64,000 nucleotides of DNA from positions 1-64,000 of IMG/VR virus record IMGVR_UViG_2816332256_000001. One strand, 5' to 3'. The notes under the pieces are model-generated. The model was not told the origin of the DNA. It saw nothing but the letters and a program-made list of their open reading frames with translations, and ran no database searches. The position numbers and the translations under genes are program-made. This DNA comes from a virus (Duplodnaviria; Caudoviricetes). How positions within the stretch are numbered: the first letter of the stretch is position 1; the number at the start of each line of letters is the position of its first letter. Positions 1 to 8,064 of this stretch are shown piece by piece.

Positions 1-990
1 TCAATCGGCCTCCTTCTCAGCCAGCAACGCTGTATGGACGGCATTGATGGTGCCCGGAGAAAGCATTCCGAACACCGGGTCGTGAAGTACGGCTTGCAGC
101 GCCTGCAAAAGTTGCTTTGCTTGCTTCTCTGCGACATTGGGCGAGGGAGATGCTGTCATGGGGACGACGGCCGGGGCGGGCGCCGGTTCGCGTACCGGAG
201 TGCTCGCGGAACCCGCCGAGGGGGCGCGTGCGTTCGCGGCCGACTGCGCCACCGGAGGTGCGTCGAGGTGCTTCTTCGTCACGCGCGCCTTGCCAGCCGC
301 TGAAGCGTGGGTTGCGCCATTTTGCAGACGGTCGAGTGCCTTGTCTGCTCCGTGTTCGCGGATCTGCTCGATCGCGAGCGTGCCAGCAACCGTGCCGCTA
401 CGAACCATCTGATGCAGTGCGGCCGGTGCGCGCTCAAGCAAGCCGACGTCGCGGATGGTTTGGTCCGTGATGTTGAGGCGATTGCAGATTGATTGAACGC
501 TGAATCCGTGAACATCACGCAGTTCGGCGATGACTGAGGCAAGTTCAAGCGGCGACGAGCGCTTGCTTTCGTTGCTGAGGTATCCATCGATCACCATGTC
601 TGCGCGATTGACCGTTTTTGCATCGCGCACGACGACCGGGATTTTGCCGAGATTCCTCCCTGCCTTGATTGCGTTCCCGGCAGCGAGGTAGCGGTGCTGG
701 CCCTTGTAGATGTAGATGAGATCTTTGCCGTCAACCTTGCGGATGTAGCAGTGCAGCGGTTGGCTCTTGTCATACCCGTTCGCGAGCATCAGGGCCGCGA
801 GGTGTGTGACCCACTCGGGATCTACCGGGCGAATGTTGTCGCGCGGGTCATAGTGGAGCTGGTCGTATGGCACCATCCACAGGTCCGAAGATGTCGCGCC
901 TGCTGCGGCGGCTGCGGCCTTCGTGTTGCCAGTAACTATCGGTTCGACAAGATCGAGCGGTCGGGTGAGTGCTAGACGATGAGAGGTCAT
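1..990 (-). CDS. ParB/Spo0J-like nuclease-domain protein with HTH
   Basis: 329 aa; ParB N-terminal motifs (VPYDQLHYDPRDNIR, IYKGQHRYLAA) followed by an HTH-like segment (FSVQSICNRLNITDQTIRD). Confidence 0.8.
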   Translation of the reverse strand: MTSHRLALTRPLDLVEPIVTGNTKAAAAAAGATSSDLWMVPYDQLHYDPRDNIRPVDPEWVTHLAALMLANGYDKSQPLHCYIRKVDGKDLIYIYKGQHRYLAAGNAIKAGRNLGKIPVVVRDAKTVNRADMVIDGYLSNESKRSSPLELASVIAELRDVHGFSVQSICNRLNITDQTIRDVGLLERAPAALHQMVRSGTVAGTLAIEQIREHGADKALDRLQNGATHASAAGKARVTKKHLDAPPVAQSAANARAPSAGSASTPVREPAPAPAVVPMTASPSPNVAEKQAKQLLQALQAVLHDPVFGMLSPGTINAVHTALLAEKEAD

Positions 991-1220
991 ATTGCCGCCT
1001 TATGTCGTTGCATGGCGGACGCACAGTCATGTTCGCTCGGGTAGGACGCCCATGACGTGACCGCTTTACACCCGTCCATCAGCATGTATTCCGTGCAGAT
1101 GCTCTCGCGGATAGGCCGACGCGCGACAACGAATTTCCCGACCATGATCGGGGTCGACGGGCGGTGTGCCATCGGGTCGTACTTGACGATGGTGCGCGGG
1201 CCAAGAGACGCTCGGCGCAC
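987..1220 (-). CDS. Hypothetical phage early protein (start uncertain: GTG 1220 or ATG 1172)
   Basis: Stop overlaps the parB start (ATGA-type coupling); same strand as the leftward operon. Confidence 0.45.
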   Translation of the reverse strand: MRRASLGPRTIVKYDPMAHRPSTPIMVGKFVVARRPIRESICTEYMLMDGCKAVTSWASYPSEHDCASAMQRHKAAI

Positions 1221-1236
1221 GTGCGTATTGGTAGGC

Positions 1237-1509
1237 TCAAGCAAAGTCACTTTGTGGTCTCCGTACGATGGAGTGTTTCCGCTGCGCGTCACGCCAGTCG
1301 ATATACGGCCGGCGCAGCAGTTGGTGGAATCGCCTTTCGGCGCGGGGATTCGTGGCGAGTTCGGCTCGGCTCGATACCTGGCAGACCTCGCGAATGAATG
1401 CGGCAGCAATCTCGACCGTTACGGGCTGACCGTTTGTGAATGTGCCGACCCATTCACGAAACGAGTCAATGCGTGGGAGGATGCCGGCGAGTTGCGCTGT
1501 CGTTGCCAT
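1237..1509 (-). CDS. Hypothetical phage early protein
   Basis: 90-aa ORF tiling the leftward operon. Confidence 0.55.
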   Translation of the reverse strand: MATTAQLAGILPRIDSFREWVGTFTNGQPVTVEIAAAFIREVCQVSSRAELATNPRAERRFHQLLRRPYIDWRDAQRKHSIVRRPQSDFA

Positions 1510-1531
1510 GTGTAGTCCTAATGCTTCATGG

Positions 1532-1738
1532 TCAATCGTCGAGATCGCCGCTGGCGCGGCGCTTCACGTCAGCACGCTCGCGCATTCGGCGCAGCTCGCG
1601 GGCTTCGCGTGCGCGGGCCGATGATTCGAGCATCGCGCGCACGTTTTCGTGTTGGATCGCTTGTTCGAAGTCGCCGCGCAAGTGCAGCAGCTGCCATTCG
1701 ACGCGCAGCAAGTGACGGGGCAGGTGGGCTTTTTGCAT
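1532..1738 (-). CDS. Hypothetical phage early protein
   Basis: 68-aa helical ORF in the leftward operon. Confidence 0.55.
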   Translation of the reverse strand: MQKAHLPRHLLRVEWQLLHLRGDFEQAIQHENVRAMLESSARAREARELRRMRERADVKRRASGDLDD

Positions 1739-1745
1739 GCTGCGC

Positions 1746-1880
1746 TCACGTGCGATAGGTGGCCGAACTGGACTCCGGCGGCATGTCGTCGAGTGTCCAG
1801 ATGACGCAACCGACGCCGACTGCGAGCCAGAGCAGCACGATTTTCCAGAGCGGCATCGGGCCAGGGACGCGGTTGGTCAT
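1746..1880 (-). CDS. Small single-TM protein
   Basis: MTNRVPGPMPLWKIVLLWLAVGVGCVIWTL...; start overlaps the stop of 1877-2158. Confidence 0.5.
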   Translation of the reverse strand: MTNRVPGPMPLWKIVLLWLAVGVGCVIWTLDDMPPESSSATYRT

Positions 1881-2158
1881 TGCTTTTCCCAGTGCAGCTT
1901 CGTGCACGAATCCTCGGTGCCAACGAGACGCGCGAGCGCTTTCGCGAGTTCCGGTTCGTGGCGTTCGATGTAGCCGATCAGGAACCAGACGTTTTGCACG
2001 GCGTGATCGGGAAAGAGATCGGGGCGAAGGCCGCGGCGCCTGCCGGACGTGACGGCCGTATTCACCGCGCGGGTGAAATTTGCGCGAAGGCGGTCTGCAA
2101 TTTGGGCACGAGATTTCATGCCGGGCCTCAGATACCGAATCCCGGCGCGATCGCGCAA
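1877..2158 (-). CDS. Hypothetical phage early protein (start may be ATG 2119)
   Basis: 93-aa ORF translationally coupled to the next gene. Confidence 0.55.
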   Translation of the reverse strand: MRDRAGIRYLRPGMKSRAQIADRLRANFTRAVNTAVTSGRRRGLRPDLFPDHAVQNVWFLIGYIERHEPELAKALARLVGTEDSCTKLHWEKQ

Positions 2159-2268
2159 ACGAGCAGGTACAGCACGAACAGCACGATGAACGGATGCCAG
2201 TCACGAGTCCGCGGAAGTTGCATTGCAAACCGCGTGAAACTGCTGCGTTCGATCAATCGGGTAAGCAT
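2128..2268 (-). CDS. Small membrane protein, first gene of the leftward operon
   Basis: GAGG RBS before ATG 2268; hydrophobic WHPFIVLFVLYLLVCAIAPGFGI. Confidence 0.5.
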   Translation of the reverse strand: MLTRLIERSSFTRFAMQLPRTRDWHPFIVLFVLYLLVCAIAPGFGI

Positions 2269-2316
2269 CGGAACCTCGCCTATGGGTTGCGCAGCAGCGG
2301 CGCTGCGGGTAGGCGA

Positions 2317-2365
2317 ATTTAAGCACACTTAATTTGAGTGAGCAACGAAAATTTAGCGTGCTTAA
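2317..2365. promoter_or_regulatory. OL operators / PL of prophage 1
   Basis: ATTTAAGCACACTTAATTT (2317-2335) is the exact reverse complement of 3163-3181; second site TTTAG-CGTG-CTTAA at 2352-2365; minus-strand TTGCTC-N17-TTAAAT. Confidence 0.7.
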
Positions 2366-2392
2366 GTTGACGCGAGATCGAGAACGCGTGCA

Positions 2393-2412
2393 TACTGTTT
2401 ATCCATACAGTA
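2393..2412. promoter_or_regulatory. LexA (SOS) box
   Basis: TACTGT-TTATCCAT-ACAGTA matches the beta/gammaproteobacterial CTGT-N8-ACAG consensus; overlaps TTGACG(2367)-N18-CATACT. Confidence 0.85.
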
Positions 2413-2452
2413 TTGAAAGCTGATTGAAGAACAAGACTGAGGGTGTGCTTCG

Positions 2453-2749
2453 ATGATTCACAACGAGGGGGAGGGCGTAAGCCATCTCAAACCGGGGGAT
2501 TTGGCCGTAATTAGCCGATGTGCAAACGAGGCACATGTCGGTTTGATGGTGCGGGTGATGGGGCCGCATCCGACGCCTGAATTCGATTGGGACGTCGAGT
2601 TGCTGGGGAGGCCGGTGAAGGGATACGCGGCCGGGCACGACCGCGTGGGAGTGTTCAGGTGCGCTGCTGTTTTCGAGTGGAATCTGAGCCGCTTGGCGGC
2701 GTCGGCGCGTTCAGATCGAGAAGTTCGCCTCGAGAGCGTTCATGCATAG
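2453..2749 (+). CDS. SOS-box-preceded small protein (PGDLA family), candidate antirepressor
   Basis: 98 aa, LKPGDLAVI...VGLMVRV...WDV; convergent with cI; homologous to 48519-48842. Confidence 0.7.
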   Translation: MIHNEGEGVSHLKPGDLAVISRCANEAHVGLMVRVMGPHPTPEFDWDVELLGRPVKGYAAGHDRVGVFRCAAVFEWNLSRLAASARSDREVRLESVHA

Positions 2750-3119
2750 CCAGAACCGCCTTCAATGGGGCGTGCAGGGCCGTGACAGCCAACTCCGCCA
2801 TGCCGAGCGCAATCGCTCTCTTGAAATCGGCATAGAAGGCCTGCGCTTCGGGCGGTAATTCGTCCTGGGCATCCTTCATTGGTCCGCGCTTTTCCCAAAG
2901 CCACTCGGGGCGAACGCGTAGAAATCGCGCGACTCCAAATACCGGCGCCGCCTTCAAGTTCTCCACGTTCACTTTGCCGCTCGTCCACTGCGAGACGGCC
3001 GACGGAGAAACCCCTGCCTTGGCGGCGATTTCCTTGTCGTCAATCGACGAACCCAATTCCGCCTCGCGAAGTGCCTTGGCGTACCTGAGCCGTCCTACGA
3101 AGGTGTCTAGGTCGTTCAT
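2655..3119 (-). CDS. CI-like HTH_XRE repressor lacking the S24 peptidase domain
   Basis: 154 aa; HTH (DKEIAAKAGVSPSAVSQWTSG...VRPEWL); divergent from cro; too short for an autocleavage domain. Confidence 0.85.
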   Translation of the reverse strand: MNDLDTFVGRLRYAKALREAELGSSIDDKEIAAKAGVSPSAVSQWTSGKVNVENLKAAPVFGVARFLRVRPEWLWEKRGPMKDAQDELPPEAQAFYADFKRAIALGMAELAVTALHAPLKAVLAMHERSRGELLDLNAPTPPSGSDSTRKQQRT

Positions 3120-3142
3120 TTCAGTAGGCTAAACCTAGAAAA

Positions 3143-3181
3143 GTAAGAGCACTTCACTTTTGAAATTAAGTGTGCTTAAAT
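3143..3181. promoter_or_regulatory. OR operators / PR of prophage 1
   Basis: TTAAG-TGTG-CTTAA (3166-3179) and GTAAG-AGCA-CTTCA (3143-3156); TTCACT-N17-TTAAAT lies 6 nt before the cro ATG. Confidence 0.7.
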
Positions 3182-3187
3182 CTCGCC

Positions 3188-3406
3188 ATGAAAGACGACC
3201 TGCGCGCCGCATACGCGAGCCAAATCATCGATCGACTGGGCGGGACCGGTAAGGCTGCTGATCTCTTTGAGATCGAGCCGGCCGCCGTCTCGCAATGGCG
3301 TCGGAAGGGCATCCCGAAACCGCGGATGCAGTTCTTGCGCATCGCGCGGCCCGACGTTTTTGTTGGTCTCGAAGATGGCACGCGCGGTGGCGTTAGCACT
3401 CGTTGA
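3188..3406 (+). CDS. Cro-like HTH protein
   Basis: IIDRLGGTGKAADLFEIEPAAVSQWRRKGIP, a typical Cro/YdaS HTH; divergent from cI. Confidence 0.85.
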   Translation: MKDDLRAAYASQIIDRLGGTGKAADLFEIEPAAVSQWRRKGIPKPRMQFLRIARPDVFVGLEDGTRGGVSTR

Positions 3407-3666
3407 GTGTGCGGTGCGCGGCTCCCCGGTGTGAATCATCACTTTGGGGTGCAGTCGCAATGTTGCAGGTCTGCCGCAGAAATTGTGCGAACAATCGTTC
3501 CGCCTCGGCGGACCTGAGAGCGCGCGTAATCGCATCACGCATATGTCGTTTGAAGTGAGGTTTGGGCGTAGCCGTTGCATGCCGCGTCCTGAATTTTTGC
3601 ATTTTCATGGCGTTGCTCCGCGTATCGATGGGGCAATTTTCCTGAAAGCGCGCGCACGTTAACAGA

Positions 3667-4224
3667 ATGAAATTCGGTGCATTTAAAGGGGGAAATGTGA
3701 CGCTCCAGTACAGCCAGACGGCGTGGATCGATGTGCTTTACACGTCGGTGCTGAATACGCCGGGCAAGGTGGAGGACGCCGCCCGGTTTCTGACCGAGCG
3801 CCGCGGCGTGCGCATCACGGGCGAATCGTTGCGCCTGCGTTTGCGCGAAGTCGACGGCGCTCGCCTGTCGGGGGAAATGTTCGAGCTGCTCGTCGAGTGG
3901 ATGCTCGAGAAAAATCAGGCGCATGCACTCGACGCCGTGCACGCGTTTATCGCGCGATTCGGTTTGGTTGCCTCGACCACTGGCGGCGGTGGCGGAACGG
4001 AGTGCGTGCGCGCGCTTGTTGATTCCGTGTTGACCGTCAGTTCGAGATCCGGTGCGCTGGCCGAGGAAGTACGGCGTGCAGCTGACGACGGCGTGATCGA
4101 AGGGCGCGAGGCCGAAGCGATCGAGAAAGTGGGTCGCGCCGCGCAGCGCCAGATCGAGGAAACGATTCAAATCGCTCGTCGCGCAAATCGCGCGCGGCGT
4201 AAAGCACTGCGGCGCGGCGAGTGA
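3667..4224 (+). CDS. CII-like phage regulatory protein (start may be GTG 3697)
   Basis: Position after cro; C-terminal LAEEVRRAADDGVIEGREAEAI motif seen in the CII family. Confidence 0.65.
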   Translation: MKFGAFKGGNVTLQYSQTAWIDVLYTSVLNTPGKVEDAARFLTERRGVRITGESLRLRLREVDGARLSGEMFELLVEWMLEKNQAHALDAVHAFIARFGLVASTTGGGGGTECVRALVDSVLTVSSRSGALAEEVRRAADDGVIEGREAEAIEKVGRAAQRQIEETIQIARRANRARRKALRRGE

Positions 4225-4499
4225 TGCCGATCCGATTCGTCCGGGCGCCGCCGGGCGGTTGCCGCGCGCTGCTTTGCGGTTGAGTGCGTGCGCGTCTCGT
4301 CGTGTGCGAGAGCAGGTCGATGGAAATGTTGAAGTCGCTCGGTGACGTGTAGTTGCCGATTGCGACAACCCATATTCCGCGCAGCTTCTCGGGCACTCCA
4401 TTCCTGAATTCAAATTCCCGCCAATCAAGCGGGAGGGCCTCGCTCGTCTCGTCGTCGGTCTGCGGGGCGAATTTTGCAGCCTCATCTTCCAAAGTAACT

Positions 4500-5867
4500 A
4501 TGGAAAATCACCCCCCCGTAGCAGATGTTTCAGCGATCAGCGCAGTCGAGGCCGAACAATCGCTGCTCGGCGCGATCCTGCTCGACAACGATGCGTATGA
4601 CATTGCAGCGTCCATTATTTCGGCCGACGATTTCACCGTGCGCGACAACCGGCTCATTTTCGAGGCAGTTGGTCAGATGATTGCTGCTGGCCGGGCAGTC
4701 GACATGATCACCGTGTTCGACTTCGTGCAAACGACGGGCGCGAAAATCGACAAGCCGCTTCAATACCTGAACGAGCTTGCGCAGAAAACGCCCGGTGCAT
4801 CGAACGTGGCGCGCTACGCGGAAATTGTTCGTGGTCGGTCGATGCGCCGGGCGCTTGCGCGTGTCGGGGCGAAGCTGATCGATCTCGCGCAGCATACGGG
4901 CGGCCGGGACATTGCCGAGCTGATCGACGAAGCGCAGGGCGCGGTGCTGGCGTTGTCCGAGAGCGCGCGGCAAAACAGCGCCGGCTTCGTGTCGCTCAAC
5001 GACGTGCTGTTCGACGTCATGGGGCGTGTCGACGAGCAAAGCCAGTGCGGGGACGAATCCGGTATCACCGGTACGCCGACGGGCTTTGCGGATATCGACG
5101 CGCGCACAACCGGTATGAATCCGGGCGAGCTGATCATCATCGGCGGACGTCCGTCGATGGGGAAGACCTCGTTGGCGATGAACATCGCCGAGAACGCCGC
5201 GCGCCTGTCCCGCAAGCCGTCGATGGTGGTGTCGCTCGAAATGCCAAACGAGCAGCTCGGCGTGCGGCTCGTTGCGTCGGCCGGGCGCCTCAACCAGCAT
5301 CGGCTTCGCACCGGCAGGCTCGCCGATGACGAATGGCCGCGCGTGACACATGCGGTCACGCAGCTCGCTGATACCCCGATTTATCTGCTCGAAGAGTCGG
5401 CGTTGACGCCGGCTGCGCTGCGCACGCACTTGCGCCGCGCTCAGCGGACGGCTGGCGTCGAGTTCGGTGTCATCGTGATCGATTACCTGCAGCTCATGTA
5501 CTCCGACCGTCGCTCGAGCGATATGCGGTCGCAGGAGGTCGCGGATATCTCGCGCGCGCTGAAGGCGATCGCCAAGGAATTCAAGGTGCCAGTGATCGCG
5601 CTGTCGCAGCTCAATCGCGGCCTTGAAAACAGGCCGAACAAGCGTCCGATCATGGCGGACCTGCGTGAATCCGGCGCGATCGAGCAGGACGCCGACGTCA
5701 TCATGTTCGTCTACCGCGACGAGGTCTACAACCCTGATACGCCAGACAAGGGTACGGCCGAAATCATCATCGCCAAACAGCGGAATGGTCCTCTCTGCAC
5801 CGTTCGGCTCGCATTCCAAAACGCATTTACCCGATTCGAAAACTTCGGCGAGCCGGAGAGGTATTGA
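4500..5867 (+). CDS. dnaB: Replicative DNA helicase
   Basis: EAEQSLLGAILL N-terminus, Walker A GGRPSMGKT, IDYLQL, LSQLNR, DLRESGAIEQDAD. Confidence 0.95.
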   Translation: MENHPPVADVSAISAVEAEQSLLGAILLDNDAYDIAASIISADDFTVRDNRLIFEAVGQMIAAGRAVDMITVFDFVQTTGAKIDKPLQYLNELAQKTPGASNVARYAEIVRGRSMRRALARVGAKLIDLAQHTGGRDIAELIDEAQGAVLALSESARQNSAGFVSLNDVLFDVMGRVDEQSQCGDESGITGTPTGFADIDARTTGMNPGELIIIGGRPSMGKTSLAMNIAENAARLSRKPSMVVSLEMPNEQLGVRLVASAGRLNQHRLRTGRLADDEWPRVTHAVTQLADTPIYLLEESALTPAALRTHLRRAQRTAGVEFGVIVIDYLQLMYSDRRSSDMRSQEVADISRALKAIAKEFKVPVIALSQLNRGLENRPNKRPIMADLRESGAIEQDADVIMFVYRDEVYNPDTPDKGTAEIIIAKQRNGPLCTVRLAFQNAFTRFENFGEPERY

Positions 5868-5870
5868 CGC

Positions 5871-6914
5871 ATGGCAACTGCAACTGCACAACCGTTTTTC
5901 ACCTGGCGCCGTTCGATGACGGACAGCGACCTGCCGTCGACGACAAAGCTCGTGCTCTTCGTGCTGGCCGAGTACGCGAACGCGATGGACGACATCATGT
6001 GGCCGTCGCTCGAAACGCTTGCGAGCCGCGCGTCGCTGTCCGTGCGTGCGGTCGGTAAGCATCTGGCGCTTGCAGCCGATCTTGGCTGGCTGACGAGCTG
6101 GAAATCACGCCGGCCGGGCCGGCAGTGGGCGCATGGGCATTACCGACTGTCGGTTCCCGCTGATGTCGCGCTCCGTCAGCGCGACGCGATCGAATTCGAC
6201 ATTGCGAGCTGCGAATCGGAACGTGGTGCCGAACGTGATGCACCGAAATCGGAACGTGGTGCCGGTCATGGTGCTGGTGAGCCGGAACGTCGTGCCGACC
6301 CGGATTCCGTTGAGGCTTTTCGGGCGGTGGAATCGGAAAGTTACCGGAACGACGTGCCAACTAGTAAACCAGTAAACAGAAATACAAAAAAACCTTCTCT
6401 CTCTCATACCTCAGCGGTTAACGAAGGCACAGGCTGTCAGAGAGAGAAAACTGAGAATCGGGCCGGTTCGATGGCGCGTTGGATGTTCGGGAAGCTGCGT
6501 GCCGAGGATCGCGGCATTGCCGAGCCTGACTTCGGGCAATGGGCACGGGACATTGACGCGATGCAGGCTGACGATGGGCGCGGCGAGCAGGAAATCGTTC
6601 GGCTGTTTGGCTGGGCGATTCGCGATCGCTTCTGGCGAAACATCGTTACGGGGCCGGCACGGCTGCGGAAGCACTGGGACGAACTGCGTCGCCGCCGCAA
6701 TGCTGCGCTCGATGTGGCGCGCGTATCGTCGAGCGGCACGCCGACGACGGCGGGACTCGCGGCGAGCGCTGCATCGCCGGCTCTGGCTGACGATCGGCAG
6801 TGCGCGCATGAAACGAACGGTTGCCGTTGCACGCACACGGCGACGATCTTCACGGGTGCTGGTCAGTCGCGACGCGGCTACTGCCGGGACCACATCGGCT
6901 ATCACGACGAGTAA
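5871..6914 (+). CDS. Phage replication initiator (N-terminal wHTH)
   Basis: DLPSTTKLVLFVLAEYAN...WPSLETLASRASLS HTH_36-like; contains iterons; C-terminal FWRNIVTGPARLRKHWDEL as in lambda O-like proteins. Confidence 0.85.
   Translation: MATATAQPFFTWRRSMTDSDLPSTTKLVLFVLAEYANAMDDIMWPSLETLASRASLSVRAVGKHLALAADLGWLTSWKSRRPGRQWAHGHYRLSVPADVALRQRDAIEFDIASCESERGAERDAPKSERGAGHGAGEPERRADPDSVEAFRAVESESYRNDVPTSKPVNRNTKKPSLSHTSAVNEGTGCQREKTENRAGSMARWMFGKLRAEDRGIAEPDFGQWARDIDAMQADDGRGEQEIVRLFGWAIRDRFWRNIVTGPARLRKHWDELRRRRNAALDVARVSSSGTPTTAGLAASAASPALADDRQCAHETNGCRCTHTATIFTGAGQSRRGYCRDHIGYHDE
6218..6410 (+). repeat. Replication origin: GGAACG(T/A)(G/C)GTGCC iterons plus AT-rich tract
   Basis: Copies at 6218, 6251, 6284 (33-bp period) and 6346, followed by A-rich 6359-6410. 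Confidence 0.75.
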
Positions 6915-6927
6915 ACGCGGGGGAACT

Positions 6928-7332
6928 ATGACGATTGAAAAACGGTTGGAGAATTGGGCGCGTGCGCAGTGCAGCGGCGGTGGTGATAGCGGTAGCGATT
7001 CGCTGGTCGCGAGCATCTACTTCCCATCGGTCGGTGGTAGATCAGTCAATTCGACGCTCGACCTTGCAGATGCGAATCGTGTCGAGGTCGCCATGCGCAA
7101 GGTCATGCCATTGGATCGGAAGCTGCTACAACTGCATTACGTCTGGCGCAAGGCGCCGTTCGTGATCTGCCGTCGGCTTGGTCTCAAGGTGCGGCCAACG
7201 ACGATCTTCGACATGGCGCTCGCGCATGCGAAGCGGGCGGTCGAGGAGAAGCTCGTCAAGCCTGCGCCGCGATATGTTTCGATGCAGTCGATCATCGATC
7301 GGATGAAGGAGGGTGTTGCGGAATCGAAATAG
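6928..7332 (+). CDS. Q-like late antiterminator
   Basis: IEKRLENWARAQ N-terminus, C-terminal HTH (RKLLQLHYVW...ICRRLG); last gene before the late operon. Confidence 0.7.
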   Translation: MTIEKRLENWARAQCSGGGDSGSDSLVASIYFPSVGGRSVNSTLDLADANRVEVAMRKVMPLDRKLLQLHYVWRKAPFVICRRLGLKVRPTTIFDMALAHAKRAVEEKLVKPAPRYVSMQSIIDRMKEGVAESK

Positions 7333-7425
7333 CTGAACTACACTTCGCTTCACAATTTGATTCCGGTGAGTTTTACCGAGTGCGTGCGGCCTTTGCCGGA
7401 CCGTCGCTCGCCCGGAAGAATCTCG

Positions 7426-7457
7426 AAGCCCTGAGTGCGAAAGCCTCAGGGCTTTTT
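7426..7457 (+). terminator. Intrinsic terminator (tR'-like) before the late operon
   Basis: AAGCCCTGAG-loop-CTCAGGGCTT followed by a T tract. Confidence 0.7.
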
Positions 7458-7473
7458 GCATTGGGCCGTCGAT

Positions 7474-7845
7474 ATGCCACGCAAAGCACCAACGAAATGC
7501 CGCCATTTCGGTTGCGGTCGCCTTATCGAAAAGCCGGGCTACTGCGACCAGCACGCGGCCGATGCCGTTGGCTGGCAGAGCGATCGGCAGCGCGGCTCAC
7601 GCCATCAGCGTGGCTACGATTCGAAATGGGTCAAGCTGCGCAAGCGCATCCTCGCGCGCGACAACGGCCTGTGTCAGGTGTGCCGTCGAGCTGGTCGCGT
7701 CACTGCCGCCAGTCACGTCGACCACATCGTGTCGAAGGCTGACGGCGGTACGGATGCCGAATCGAATCTGCAGGCGATCTGCGTGCCGTGCCACAAGGCG
7801 AAGACGGCCGGCGAGAGCGCGCGAGCGCGCATCGGCGGCGCCTGA
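7474..7845 (+). CDS. HNH endonuclease (packaging-associated, HK97 gp74-like)
   Basis: RDNGLCQVC...VDHIVSKADGGTDAESNLQAICVPCHKAKT; upstream of TerS. Confidence 0.92.
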   Translation: MPRKAPTKCRHFGCGRLIEKPGYCDQHAADAVGWQSDRQRGSRHQRGYDSKWVKLRKRILARDNGLCQVCRRAGRVTAASHVDHIVSKADGGTDAESNLQAICVPCHKAKTAGESARARIGGA

Positions 7846-8064
7846 GCCGGGAAGCCACGATTTTCGGTCGATTTCTCGCCGATGCCCGATTTTTAGGCAG
7901 GGGGGGCGGTTTTTTCCGGGGCGAACGGCCTCGGGACCGCACGCCTAGCTGAATTTTTTCGTGGCGCACTTTTTAGAGAGGGGGGGGTTAAAAACGCCGC
8001 CCGATAGAGCCGACCAGACGAGGCAGGATGAGATTTTCGTCGGCTCACGTACAGGAAACGCTCT
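7846..8064. other. Probable cos/packaging region
   Basis: Non-coding gap between HNH and TerS with G-runs and T-runs, the usual cos position in HNH-TerS phages; exact cut site not identified. Confidence 0.5.

Noticed and set aside
1057-1515. 152-aa plus-strand ORF in the early region
   Set aside because: Antisense to coupled minus-strand genes; no motif or RBS support.
6218-6358. Regularly spaced 13-bp repeats as a CRISPR array
   Set aside because: Too short, inside a coding gene, no cas genes; better explained as iterons.
7890-7910. G-rich tract as a KOPS site for the phage FtsK-gamma protein
   Set aside because: Sequence is AGGCAGGG, not GGGNAGGG, and belongs to the other prophage's cos region.
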